A DNA stretch of 58,656 bases, the filler included, from Basidiobolus ranarum (Eukaryota), in NCBI GenBank assembly GCA_040143965.1. It is 4 parts of 4 records of this genome, joined end to end, with 100 filler letters (N's around TTAATTAATTAA, not from the genome) between each part and the next. Parts side by side here need not be neighbours in the genome. Positions count along the whole stretch, not along the records: positions 1 to 14,631 come from JASJQH010000418.1; positions 14,732 to 29,350 come from JASJQH010000419.1; 2 more parts are not named here. One strand, written 5' to 3'. A program made the translations under genes and the position numbers. The notes beneath the pieces are model-generated. The model ran no database searches. It was not told where the DNA came from and saw nothing but the letters and a program-made list of their open reading frames with translations. Below, piece after piece: positions 12,945 through 24,350 of the stretch; within the stretch, counting starts at the first letter, position 1, and every line of letters begins with the position of its first letter.

Positions 12945-13982
12945 ATGGCCAGCTACACTCAACTCCCTATTGACAACTTCAAGAGCACTCCCCTTGCCAG
13001 CTACGTTGATCTTGCCAATTGCAAACTTGGATCCAAAGTTATCGCCGTCTCCGATGAGTTCTTTGCTGCTGCTTCCAACATGCTCAACCCCAAACCATCA
13101 GTTCGTGAGGCAAACAAGTTCATCGAAACTGGTGCCTGGTTCGATGGCTGGGAAACTCGCCGCCATAATCCTGATCACGATTGGGCAATCATCCAACTCG
13201 GATTTGCTGGTACCATTGCTGGTTTCGATATTGATACCGCCCATTTCACCGGCAACCATGCTCCAGTAGCCTCAGTCGAAGCTGCCTTCGTCTCCAAGGA
13301 GGAGCTTGCTAAAGGAGGCGAGATTAAGTATGAATGGAAGGAGATTCTCCCCAAGGTTGAGTTGCAGCCTACTTCCAAGCACTTCTTTGCTCTTAACAAC
13401 CCTGCGAATACTCCTTACAACTTCGTTCGTATCAATCAGTACCCTGATGGAGGTATTGCTCGTTTCCGTGTGTATGGAACTATTGTCCCCATCTTCCCTG
13501 AGAACAAGGAGGAGTTGGTTGATCTAGCTTATGTGGGTAATGGTGCTCGTGTGGTTGTCTCATCCAACGATCACTTTTCTCCCGCTTCCAATGTAATCTT
13601 GCCCACTCGTGGTGAGAACATGGGTGATGGCTGGGAGACCAAGCGTTCTCGTACACCAGGCCATGTCGACTATTTGATTGCCAAACTCGGTGTTCCTGGC
13701 CGTCTTGAGAAAGCTGTCTTCGACACTCTTCACTTCCGTGGTAACTTCCCCGCCCAAGCCTCATTAGAAGCCTGTAACTCACAAGAAGAAAATCCCGAGA
13801 ATGATCCAGCCTCCAAGCAAGAGGGCTTCTGGACAACCATTTCCCCCAAGCAAAAGACCGCAGCTGATGTAGAACACCAATGGGATTTGACTCCCAAAGA
13901 TAAGGTGTTTACTCATGTCCGTGCCACTCTATACCCTGATGGTGGATTCAAGCGTCTTCGCGTCTTCGGTTACAGAGTTTAA
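12945..13982 (+). CDS. DAL2: Allantoicase (two allantoicase repeats), intronless
   Basis: SDEFFA, WFDGWETRRHN, IDTAHFTGNH, YPDGGIARFRVYG, MGDGWETKRSR, DTLHFRGNFP, PDGGFKRLRVFG; TATATAA ~80 bp upstream. Confidence 0.96.
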   Translation: MASYTQLPIDNFKSTPLASYVDLANCKLGSKVIAVSDEFFAAASNMLNPKPSVREANKFIETGAWFDGWETRRHNPDHDWAIIQLGFAGTIAGFDIDTAHFTGNHAPVASVEAAFVSKEELAKGGEIKYEWKEILPKVELQPTSKHFFALNNPANTPYNFVRINQYPDGGIARFRVYGTIVPIFPENKEELVDLAYVGNGARVVVSSNDHFSPASNVILPTRGENMGDGWETKRSRTPGHVDYLIAKLGVPGRLEKAVFDTLHFRGNFPAQASLEACNSQEENPENDPASKQEGFWTTISPKQKTAADVEHQWDLTPKDKVFTHVRATLYPDGGFKRLRVFGYRV

Positions 13983-14330
13983 GAAATATATTCATTCAAG
14001 CATATTTTTTTGTCACTGTCGTATTGCATAATCTTTAAATAAACTTACGTTTTATTAAGTATAAACTATTTGATATTGGAATGTATAATATAGGACACCT
14101 TTAGTGATGCACATGATTGTAACTTGTGAAATTAGATTACGAAAGGAGAATTCGAAGCCAAGTCAGATCAAATAAGCTGAACTAAGTGTTTGAAGCCCAT
14201 TTCAATGCTTAGTAGTAGTTATCTCGAAAAACTATATTTAGTATGTAGTTAGCAAGAACTGACATCTCTAAAGTATTATATGAGCTGAAACACTTCATTA
14301 AACATCATAAAATTCCATAACGGAAATTTC

Positions 14331-14524
14331 TGTTAAAAAGCTATCTAGACATTTACCTTCCTCTTAATAGCCACCTTTCTAATTTCCATAGAATTTACTC
14401 AAAATATTTTTACCAACTTGGAAGTTCTCAGATATATAGGTCTTGCAAACTTGTTCTAGAAGCCTCAAACTTTGCACACATATTCCTGGGGCCTTTTTAA
14501 ACACATTTTACACCTTAGTCTATT
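14331..14524 (-). mobile_element. 3' part of an LTR (ends TAACA on the minus strand), related to the LTR at 29072-29350
   Basis: Reverse complement of ~14415-14518 (aaggccccaggaatatgtgtgcaaagtttgaggcttctagaacaagtt) aligns with ~29195-29296 (aaggtcccaggaacatgtgtgcagagtttggggcttctagcacaagtt). Confidence 0.6.
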
Positions 14525-14631
14525 TGTTAAAGTATTTGGGAGCCTGTTGGAAGTGGTTTGGAGAATTAGAGGAATTGGTGGTTTTCACTTATTGATTTAT
14601 TGAGTAGAAAGTTGACATTTATAGTTTTGTC
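14525..14631 (+). mobile_element. 5' part of an LTR starting TGTTA, truncated by the join
   Basis: Nearly identical to 29072-29178; similarity begins exactly at TGTTAAAG and the left flanks differ. Confidence 0.7.
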
Positions 14632-14731
14632 NNNNNNNNNNNNNNNNNNNNNNNNNNNNNNNNNNNNNNNNNNNNTTAATTAATTAANNNNNNNNNNNNN
14701 NNNNNNNNNNNNNNNNNNNNNNNNNNNNNNN
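14632..14731. other. Assembly gap / contig join with artificial TTAATTAATTAA linker
   Basis: N44 + TTAATTAATTAA + N44, same structure three times in the window. Confidence 0.95.
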
Positions 14732-15124
14732 CACATTTGCAATATGAGTAACCATGCTTTCAGACTTTTCCATCTTTATATTGAAGAATTTTTGTCTGAG
14801 AAAGGATCTATTAGCAAGACTCTTTGCTTCATAACACTCTTCTGATATAGTCCAAGCTTGATGGGAAGTCTTTGCATATTGAATATTCACAAGTTGTGAA
14901 TCCTTCAAACTTTTACAAGTAACATCAAAGACCTTCTTGTCTCTTTTCTGGTAAGCTTCCAATAAAGAAGGGTCAGAAAGTTTCTCTTCATCTCCAGAGA
15001 CTCCATCCCAAAGCTCCCTGTCTTCCAGCATGATTTGCATCTGGAACTTCCAGAAATTGTAATTTTCTCCATCAAGCTTTTGAACACTCAAGTTAATAAA
15101 AGTGATAGTAGTGGTTTCTGTCAT
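14732..15124 (-). mobile_element. Ty1/copia retrotransposon gag N-terminus (DUF4219/UBN2-like), truncated by the join
   Basis: KLDGENYNFWKFQMQIMLEDRELWDGV, AKTSHQAWTI, FLRQKFFNIKMEKSESMVTHI are typical copia gag motifs; ATG lies ~20 nt after the primer-binding site. Confidence 0.9.
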
Positions 15125-15141
15125 GCTGTAAAGGTTAGAAT

Positions 15142-15156
15142 GCAGGGCTCATAACC
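15142..15156 (-). promoter_or_regulatory. Primer-binding site complementary to the anticodon arm of initiator tRNA-Met
   Basis: Minus strand GGTTATGAGCCCTGC directly follows the LTR end; plus strand GCAGGGCTCATAACC equals the anticodon stem-loop region of fungal tRNA-iMet as I recall it. Confidence 0.85.
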
Positions 15157-15534
15157 TATTGCAAAAATATAGGCTATTTGGAGGAACTTAAGAAAGGTGG
15201 AGTTGTGAATAGCTTTTGTGAGATAATTGTTCATTATCCAGAAATGAAGCATTTATACATTTTGATGAAAATACAGAAAACTACCATAGGGGTTGTGTTC
15301 AGAACATCTGTGGGAGTAAAATGACTATCTTTGGGGCAATTTCAATGAGTTTGAAATTTCTAATATGGAATTGCTAATTCTCATATTATTCACATATATA
15401 TATAATAAATGTTCTAATTTTCAGTTAAGTGATATTTGACTAAGTGATCTTAACTAACTTATATGTGATATATGAAATAGCTAGGTGTATAAAGATAGAG
15501 ATAACAAATATGCTAAAGACAATAAACTTCAACA
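15157..15534 (-). mobile_element. 5' LTR of the copia element (~378 bp)
   Basis: Minus strand starts TGTTG (15534) and ends CAATA (degenerate CAACA) immediately before the PBS. The distal boundary is inferred from the terminal motif only. Confidence 0.65.
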
Positions 15535-15542
15535 GAATATAC

Positions 15543-16270
15543 TGTGGCAAGTTCAAGTGTGAGGTGTTGGGGACTACCAGGACCAATACAAAGAGGGATG
15601 ATTTAAGGATGATGTAAGGATGATAAGGTGCCCTTCCATGGAAGGTCTTGGTGGAAATACACTATGTGTGGGATGATATGATTAGTTAGGTTTCATGGAA
15701 TGTTCCAAAGAACATGACTTCCATATAAAGTAACCTGGATGAACTAATACAAGATTGCCAAGAAAGGATGGCATAGCAGATATGATGTCATAATTTAGTA
15801 ATAGAAGGGTTCTATTTGCAGTGGATGAGTTTGCCAAGATCAGAATTATGACAATTCTTTGCCTCCAAGACACCCTTTTTGATCCCTATTATTCAGGTTT
15901 CTGTCCTATTATCCATTTAGTATTTACTGAATACCTTCCTTTCTGCATACCATCTTTGCTTCTTAACACCCTATTTACATCCTCAGAACTTGATTACATT
16001 GGTCATCAAGTTAAGTATGGATATGATCCAGTATTGTCACCATATCTTAAAGGATTGATGTCTTGATTGTCACTTTGTTTAGATTGGTATATAAGCTACA
16101 TAAAGTCCACACAACTTGGTGCTTTTCATCCCCCCTCCCATTGCTCATATAGAATATCCTGCCTTTCTTCCCTTGAGTTTATCTATTCATCTAAGTACTA
16201 TTGTCATATCATCAGAATTTGAATATATATGTAGTGGAGTTAAATTTATGTGTAATTCTATCCTGTCACA
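15543..16270 (+). mobile_element. Candidate solo LTR / retroelement relic (~728 bp)
   Basis: Termini TGTGGCA...TGTCACA form an imperfect inverted repeat, flanks ATAC/ATGC resemble a 4-bp TSD, internal TATATAA near 16088, no CpG seen. No second copy in the window. Confidence 0.4.
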
Positions 16271-16399
16271 ATGCAATACAAAATTGATGTCCTAACTATT
16301 TTATTACGCAGTTGCTGTGTACCAGCTAGATTGGGATCTTGCAATTTTATTTAAAGATAGGCCTTGCGCAGCTTTCATTGGTGAATATATTAATTTGCA

Positions 16400-17398
16400 C
16401 TAGTTTGTGGCTGAGTTTGCCTCTCTGCCATTGCTGCTTCCAGCAGAAGGAGCTTTGACAATGATGCGACCCTCTGGCTGCCAAAAAAGCCATTCCCCGC
16501 CTTTGTTTTGTGATGACATACTCTTCATCAAGTGTCTTAATTCCTCCATCTGCTTTTTTGTAGCGTCACTTAAATTTTTGTCAATAAAGAATCCTAGTAA
16601 CAGTCTGGCGGTTTCATCCTGATTCTCGTCAAAAATACAGTCCACATTCAGATAGGTATCGGCAATATGAACTTTCACTTCAGAAGATTTGTTAGTGGTG
16701 AGCTGAGGTATCCACTCCGTTCGGAATGGTACGCGAATATCAAGTAGAGTATATAACTCATCCAGGATAGTGAAGGTAGTGATGTTATGTGAACCCGAAA
16801 TTACCCCACTACAACGTTGAAATTGTGGGATGCCACCAGGAGTTGAATGGATAATAATCAAATGGCCAGTAGGGGAGAGAAGGCTAAAGAGAAGTCGGTG
16901 AATTGATTGTCCAAGTGGAGTGATGTAATAGAGCGAGTGTCCACACAGAACCATATCATATTGGGGCGATCCCGATGGCGGAGTGAAATCTTCAAATTTA
17001 CAATCGTACAGTAGCACCTCTATATGTGATGTTTTAAACTGAGTAATGTTTCCTTCCAGCGTCTTTACTGAACAATCGGAGTCTCTCAACCCCGTCGTAA
17101 GTCTAGTAAGAAATAACTCTCTGTGAATACTGTTTGGCTCTATTCCATGATACGTAACTTGGCCATACTTTTTAAGTAAAGGCAGCAACACATCAACATC
17201 AGTATTGCCATCACCACAGCCTACCGATAACACTGATACTCTATCAGTGTTCGAGTGAAGGAGCTCAGGTACGCTTTGCACTAGCCAAAGTTTATGGTTA
17301 AGGGAATTATCCACAGTGGCCAAGAATAACTTGAAAGCTCGCTCATAATGTAGCTCTGAGGATACAAGACTGGGGAGAGAGTTCAATTCAGAAAGCAT
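16400..17398 (-). CDS. Class I SAM-dependent methyltransferase, histamine N-methyltransferase-like (paralog 1), intronless
   Basis: Motif I VLSVGCGDGNTD, YHGIEPN, YDMVLCGHSLYYI, LSPTGHLIIIH. ATG at 17398 (MLSELNSLPSL) aligns with the paralog 2 start. Confidence 0.8.
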   Translation of the reverse strand: MLSELNSLPSLVSSELHYERAFKLFLATVDNSLNHKLWLVQSVPELLHSNTDRVSVLSVGCGDGNTDVDVLLPLLKKYGQVTYHGIEPNSIHRELFLTRLTTGLRDSDCSVKTLEGNITQFKTSHIEVLLYDCKFEDFTPPSGSPQYDMVLCGHSLYYITPLGQSIHRLLFSLLSPTGHLIIIHSTPGGIPQFQRCSGVISGSHNITTFTILDELYTLLDIRVPFRTEWIPQLTTNKSSEVKVHIADTYLNVDCIFDENQDETARLLLGFFIDKNLSDATKKQMEELRHLMKSMSSQNKGGEWLFWQPEGRIIVKAPSAGSSNGREANSATN

Positions 17399-19472
17399 CA
17401 CAAGTACAGTATGCAAAGTGGAGTTGCTCGAATTACTTAAATCACAGATTAGATATTATATTCAGCTGATTACTTATGATCATTGAGTAGCCCCACCTCC
17501 TATTTGAACTTTTGATATATGGATGGTACTTATACTATATATTGTGGCTTGATTCATGTAACACGCTATGCAACTTGTGATTGGCCTAGTTCCTCTTAGC
17601 GATGGATGGCCAAGCGTAACTAGAAAACCAGTCACCTATTTGGCGCGAGTTTCATGGGGCAGGAGCTTACTACAACTGATCCCCTTTTATCCAGCACAAG
17701 GTTCACTTCTAATACTATCCCAAAATATTGCTACTCCAAATAGACTTCTTGTCTTGGGAAGTAAAACATATATCGTAGTGTCTTCCCCATATCAGTCTGA
17801 CTTATCCGGATAGATACTAGGCTATAGCAAATGATTCTTGTAAGATTTAACCACGTTTTCAAGTCCCATAACCAATGCCGTTATTAAAATAACAACCCAG
17901 GTAGCGAACCTCATCTGGAGTCTGAAGCTAAGATAACGAAGTATAATTGTGTCTAGCAACTGGATGTCTGTATTCTTCGTTGACTTGTTTGATGCTTAGT
18001 GACACAAAATAGCTACGTAAACTCGTAATCTTTTGGTCAGCCGATATCCGAAATCAATGCCTTCAACGACAATACTTTCTGAGATCAGCTCAATTCTCGG
18101 TATTCTGCTACTAAACTTTTATGTATGGCTCTCTTGGCATGGACTTCTATTTAATACACTGGAGTTCCAATATAGGTAATGATGCACGTAGTTTGTTTTT
18201 AGAGCTCGTCGACTTGCAAGTTTGCTTCCAAGCCACTGTTTTTGTCTTCTAAATAGTCGCGATTTTCATCTTGGTAGGCCTCTACAGTTCGAATTTCGAG
18301 CCTATAGTTCAAACATTGCTATTCAGACATCGGTTAGATCAGACATGTCGATCACTTTATAGGTCTAATACTAAGTTGATCGGAATACTCACAATTTCTC
18401 AATACTGCTTCAAAGGCTAGATCAGCTTATGTTATGTATATTATAGAGACAGCACTGTATCTGTAATTTCAACTGCTTTTTGCCCATATTAGGTAAGTAT
18501 TGAATGTAGTTACCTAGACCATATGCTAAGCATCCTATTGGTGCAACGGATTCAATAACCTGCTCACTCTTGTAGTGTGCATCAAAACTTCCAAGATCTT
18601 TGGGATATACACAACTTAATCAATGAAACACAGATTGGCCCAATTACATTGCCTCTTAACCTGCAACCTATGCCGGTTAACGCTGCAATTATAACTTCAC
18701 TCTTGGACTCTACTACTAGGTAGCGCGAGCAGGGACGCAATCCCTTCCTACTGTTCGTTATTGAGGAATTATGGGTTGTTGGTACGCTCTTGCCTCCTTA
18801 GAATTTGCCGATATAATTCAATGGAACTGAATACAATTATTTTCCCTCCCTCAAACTCTGGCCTCTTTTGTGCTTGGTATTATTAGCATTACATCTACCT
18901 AATGTTGGAACGGCTGAATAAGCCACCCCTGCAACTCCTCACACAGCTCCGGATTTTATGTGCATACAAGTATAAGCCTATATCCAATTGCGCTCGTTCT
19001 TCATTGTGGTTCAACACGGATACACCACACTATGTATCCCGCCTGAATCCTTAGCTTGGTACTAACTCAGACTAGGAATAATGTTGGGATATAAATCGGA
19101 GATACGCCGTAAGCCGACTGAAGGTAACAGTAGCTATGGGTATTCATTTGCGGATATATATGATCATTCAATTTATAAAGGTTAGCTGTTCTGCATTACA
19201 TGAATAACAGTGAGAGCGCGTAACTAGCTTTAGTCAGTGCCGTAGAACATGATATTCAGCCCTATAACGGGAAAAGATGCATCGTGGGGACTTAAATATA
19301 CTCAATATATATGGATCTATTTCGTGTTATAGAGCTGGACAGGGCGGAGTATCAGTACCCAAGGTGTAAATGAATATAGGTTTTATTTATTTCAGTTCAG
19401 TAATGTATGAAAAATACAACTAAACACACGGAACTTTCATAGAGTGCACTGCCATTCAATAGTGCTTTCCCC

Positions 19473-20447
19473 TCAGAAGATATTGTGGCGACTGATATTA
19501 ACTGCTATTACTGCTTCTGGCTGCCATAGAACCCATTTACTATTCTGGAGATTGATGGATTGACGCCTTAGTATAGCACGCATTCGTTCCAGCACTACTG
19601 GCTCAGCCGATCGAAAATCTATGCCGAACAGAAAGCTCATCAGACCTATTTCTAGCTCCGGGTTTTTGTTCTCTGAGGTAAGGCATTCACTTACATCGAC
19701 AAAAAGATCATTGACTTGGGGTTGGATTATACATTGGTTGGAATACAGTTCAGACACTGATGTCCCATTAAAATGTGGATTACTTTCAAGTACGTTGCAT
19801 ATTTCTTGCATTATTTGTACGTGATGAAGCGGACTGCTTCCATTAATCTTGACAACCTCTTCAGAGCATTGGAAATCCGCGGGAGTTGTATGAGTGATTA
19901 AGATGCAGCCGTTTGGCACAACAAGCTGTTTGAGCATTACATCCAAGGATTTTAACAGATCCTTTACGAAGTAAAGCGAATGCCCCGCAATGATAACGTC
20001 ATACCTTTGAGACCACGATTCACCAAGAGATGTCAACGCCTCAAAGCTGCAGTCGAACAGTAGTACTTCGTTGTCTTTGTACGAGCAACCTTCAACTGGA
20101 ATATCATGGATGACGAGTGGGCTCTTTCGTTGCGCCTTGCTGTTATGTGAAAGCAACTTATTTAGAAACTTATCTCGATGTGATCTATTTGGCTCAATTC
20201 CGTGGTAAATAAGTGAAACACAGTTGGGGATTAAGAGCTCAGTTATGAGATAGGCATCTACGTCCCCATTACCGCAGCCGATGGAGAGCACCGCAAGATG
20301 TTCACTTTTGCCGACTATATCAGGCAATTTCTTGGAGTACCAGTTCTTTGAAGCAATTTTTTGGTCACTACATTGGTTGAAGATGGAGAAAGCCTGGGAG
20401 TAATAATCACTTGCGGAACTCAGACTGGGAAGACTAGTGACAACCAT
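19473..20447 (-). CDS. Class I SAM-dependent methyltransferase, histamine N-methyltransferase-like (paralog 2), intronless
   Basis: SLSSASDYYSQAFSIF, KKLPDIVG, VLSIGCGNGDVD, YHGIEPN, YDVIIAGHSLYFVKD, VDVSECL; shares LWQPE/FWQPE C-terminus with paralog 1; TATAAAT ~40 bp upstream. Confidence 0.82.
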   Translation of the reverse strand: MVVTSLPSLSSASDYYSQAFSIFNQCSDQKIASKNWYSKKLPDIVGKSEHLAVLSIGCGNGDVDAYLITELLIPNCVSLIYHGIEPNRSHRDKFLNKLLSHNSKAQRKSPLVIHDIPVEGCSYKDNEVLLFDCSFEALTSLGESWSQRYDVIIAGHSLYFVKDLLKSLDVMLKQLVVPNGCILITHTTPADFQCSEEVVKINGSSPLHHVQIMQEICNVLESNPHFNGTSVSELYSNQCIIQPQVNDLFVDVSECLTSENKNPELEIGLMSFLFGIDFRSAEPVVLERMRAILRRQSINLQNSKWVLWQPEAVIAVNISRHNIF

Positions 20448-21467
20448 GATGGGGAAAATTGAAGTACCAACAGAAGAAGTAAGCCAGTATTTATACGTCT
20501 CTGCGCGAGTGTGAATCTGAGTTCACAATAGCATAGCAATCCTGATCTAATAACAACGGAATACTTGACTCTGCGTGTAAAATGAGGCAATCCCTAAAAC
20601 TAAGCAGACGGAGAATAAACATTCGGATGCGCCGTCACCTCTTCATAGCTCATGAATTTGTCGTAGCAGCAGAATTACCCAATAGTGAGATTAGGGTGTC
20701 AAGACTAATGAGAGTATGGAGAACTCGTCTTGATACCACATTGGCCTGGTGTGTTCGGTGCAACTAGGTATTCCTACTTGATTGGTTCGCTTACATAAAT
20801 GTAAGAACCTAGGGGCATAATATGTCATCCGAACTCTCCTTACTCCAGGATACATTTCCAGAGAAGCTAACGTAGCCATAGTGCGGATCACACTTAATTG
20901 TTTTGTATTATTTAGTAATTGAAAGTTTTGCACTCTTCTATGATAATGTATCCGACACTGCAAAGGAAGTTTTTGATCTCGGACTTTCTCATTGAAATAA
21001 ACGCGATTATCAGCCACTAGTTTTAGATAAAATAGACAGCAATTGCAAGGTCTTTAGAGAACTCATTAACCTGGGTCAATATTTTGAGACTACGTCATAA
21101 AGTGATTCTCCCCAAGCCAGTTGTAGTTGGAGTATAGTATAGCGATTACAATTGAGTGTAGTCGTGGATAACTGGAATGATCCATATCCATTCATTAACT
21201 ACAAACTATAATGAGCCCCTTATTAGCACCTTATCCATCATATCTACATTTCAGGAGTTGCAATCAAAGTAGAAAATTGATCGTGAGGCTGAGTGGCCTA
21301 GTATAGGATCCTTAGAGCAAGTGTCCAAACAAGTGAATGTTTCACCCAGAGTGTTACTTCCTGGCTCCTATTTCCCCTATTATGAATGAAGTTCATAACC
21401 TGACGTTGCTAACATTTTGACTTATATAAAGCTGCTCTGATATGCACACAAAATTACAGCTACCAAT

Positions 21468-22762
<1,295 letters not shown>

Positions 22763-23297
22763 TCCTGACGTAAATGCGGTGTATCTTACTTGAATTAAGC
22801 TTATTATCTAGTCAAGCTCTAGTACTTATGAAGCATATCTTTAACTTGTTGTATGTGGCCCTGACATAGCTATCAATCACGTATGTTCACAATGTACTTT
22901 ACATATAATAAACACAGTTATTTTTACGTGCGACTTGTTCATATTCAATGATTAGCCATTATGAGATATAATATACACCATATCAAATTAAGGAAAAATC
23001 TCTACTACCAGAAAGTATAGGAGTATCATCTTTATCGTACCATCAGCTAAAATATAGTAGCTGAAGTATATTGAAACGTTTAATGTGTCTTAGTAGTTGG
23101 TGTGAAACTAGAATGGAGGGTTACTCATTTGGATCTAGAGAGCTCCCTATATATGAGCTACGTCAAGAGATAATGTACTTGAAAGAGAATGTTGTGTAGT
23201 CTCACTTTATTTAGTATCGCCTCTATCAGTGTTAAGGCAGGCGTTAATCGATAGCAGAGTTACCCTAACATCTGAGGAATCAATCCCCAATGTATCA

Positions 23298-24350
23298 TCA
23301 TTTGTTTTTCCTAGGCCTTAGACAAGGGCCGAGGTCATTAAGAGTATATCCAGATTTGTATAAGCAGGAAGGACCTTTACTCCACCCTGGGATATATTTG
23401 TCATTAGCATTAGCAGCTTTAGGGGTACGCCTTGGAGTTACTTGTCGTGGAAAAAAAAGATTTCCAACCATCACTGCTCGAAGTTTCAACAGGAAAAATA
23501 ACAAATATCCGGAGCACGTATTTAGAAGTTTCTCGTAAGTTGAAGGTCCTAAATCACCATAGCACGCTTGATAATACCGCTCACCCATAAACTGAAGTAT
23601 TGCTCTTTTCAATACACCACGAAATGGCTTAGGAGCGATTGTGACATATAGATCCAAGAACGGATCAGTAACTTCTGCATTGTACTTACTATAAACCATA
23701 TTGAGTTCTTCGTACTGAATAAACCACTGGTGCAACTCTTGGAAAGTCCATGTTCGCGCTTCATACGATACACCAAGCCCTTTACCTATCTCTTTGAACC
23801 AAAATTGAAACAACGCCTCCTTTTCGACCTCTAGTAATTCTCTCCATTCATATAAATTTATCCATCTTATTTGCTCATAAATGTAGACCGCCAACTGGTA
23901 TACAATATCATCATGCCTGATTTTGTAATGCTGATGAAATGAACTTATCCGACCTAGCGCTCCCAGAGAGCGATCACTCCCAGGTTGATTTTCAATGAAC
24001 TCTCGCATGAATAGATCCGTATCCTCGAAGCGTTTTTCTGTGTTGGTGGTGTATTGATATGTGGCAACTAAAACCTTAGAGATACTTGGTACTCCACTAG
24101 ATCGCAACCCACCAAGGTCTAGCGAAGTATAAAAGGAGAAAGGAAAGTCTCTGACAGTCAGCTGAAAGATACTATAATAGATATCGGAGAACGTTTTTTT
24201 ATCTTCCCTAGTTAGTAATTCGCCCAGTTGTTGGATTTGTTGAATATTGCGATATCTTGAGCGCCTTATTTCCAATACGTATAGCAGAAGCAAGCCTACT
24301 ATACTCACCCAAACAATCTCTTGACTTATCCACTGGCTTAGGATATTCAT
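23298..24350 (-). CDS. MpaB-like / DUF2236 (latex-clearing-protein-fold) ER-anchored oxygenase, intronless
   Basis: N-terminal TM helix followed by RRSRYR; DFPF, GVPSISKVLVAT, KRFEDT, ALGRISSFH (putative heme His), DDIVYQL, IRWINLYEWREL...EKEALFQFW, GYTLNDLGP. Confidence 0.82.
   Translation of the reverse strand: MNILSQWISQEIVWVSIVGLLLLYVLEIRRSRYRNIQQIQQLGELLTREDKKTFSDIYYSIFQLTVRDFPFSFYTSLDLGGLRSSGVPSISKVLVATYQYTTNTEKRFEDTDLFMREFIENQPGSDRSLGALGRISSFHQHYKIRHDDIVYQLAVYIYEQIRWINLYEWRELLEVEKEALFQFWFKEIGKGLGVSYEARTWTFQELHQWFIQYEELNMVYSKYNAEVTDPFLDLYVTIAPKPFRGVLKRAILQFMGERYYQACYGDLGPSTYEKLLNTCSGYLLFFLLKLRAVMVGNLFFPRQVTPRRTPKAANANDKYIPGWSKGPSCLYKSGYTLNDLGPCLRPRKNK

Noticed and set aside
14676..14687. 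TTAATTAATTAA palindrome inside N runs (also near 29395 and 44082)
   Set aside because: Artificial six-frame stop linker with identical N padding each time; not biological.
18722..18780. Translation REQGRNPFLLFVIEEL, loosely like the LINE RT motif RQGxPLSPLLF
   Set aside because: Too short, no flanking RT motifs such as YADD; probably chance.
20691..21017. 108-aa minus-strand ORF upstream of methyltransferase paralog 2
   Set aside because: Non-ATG start, no recognisable motif or codon bias.
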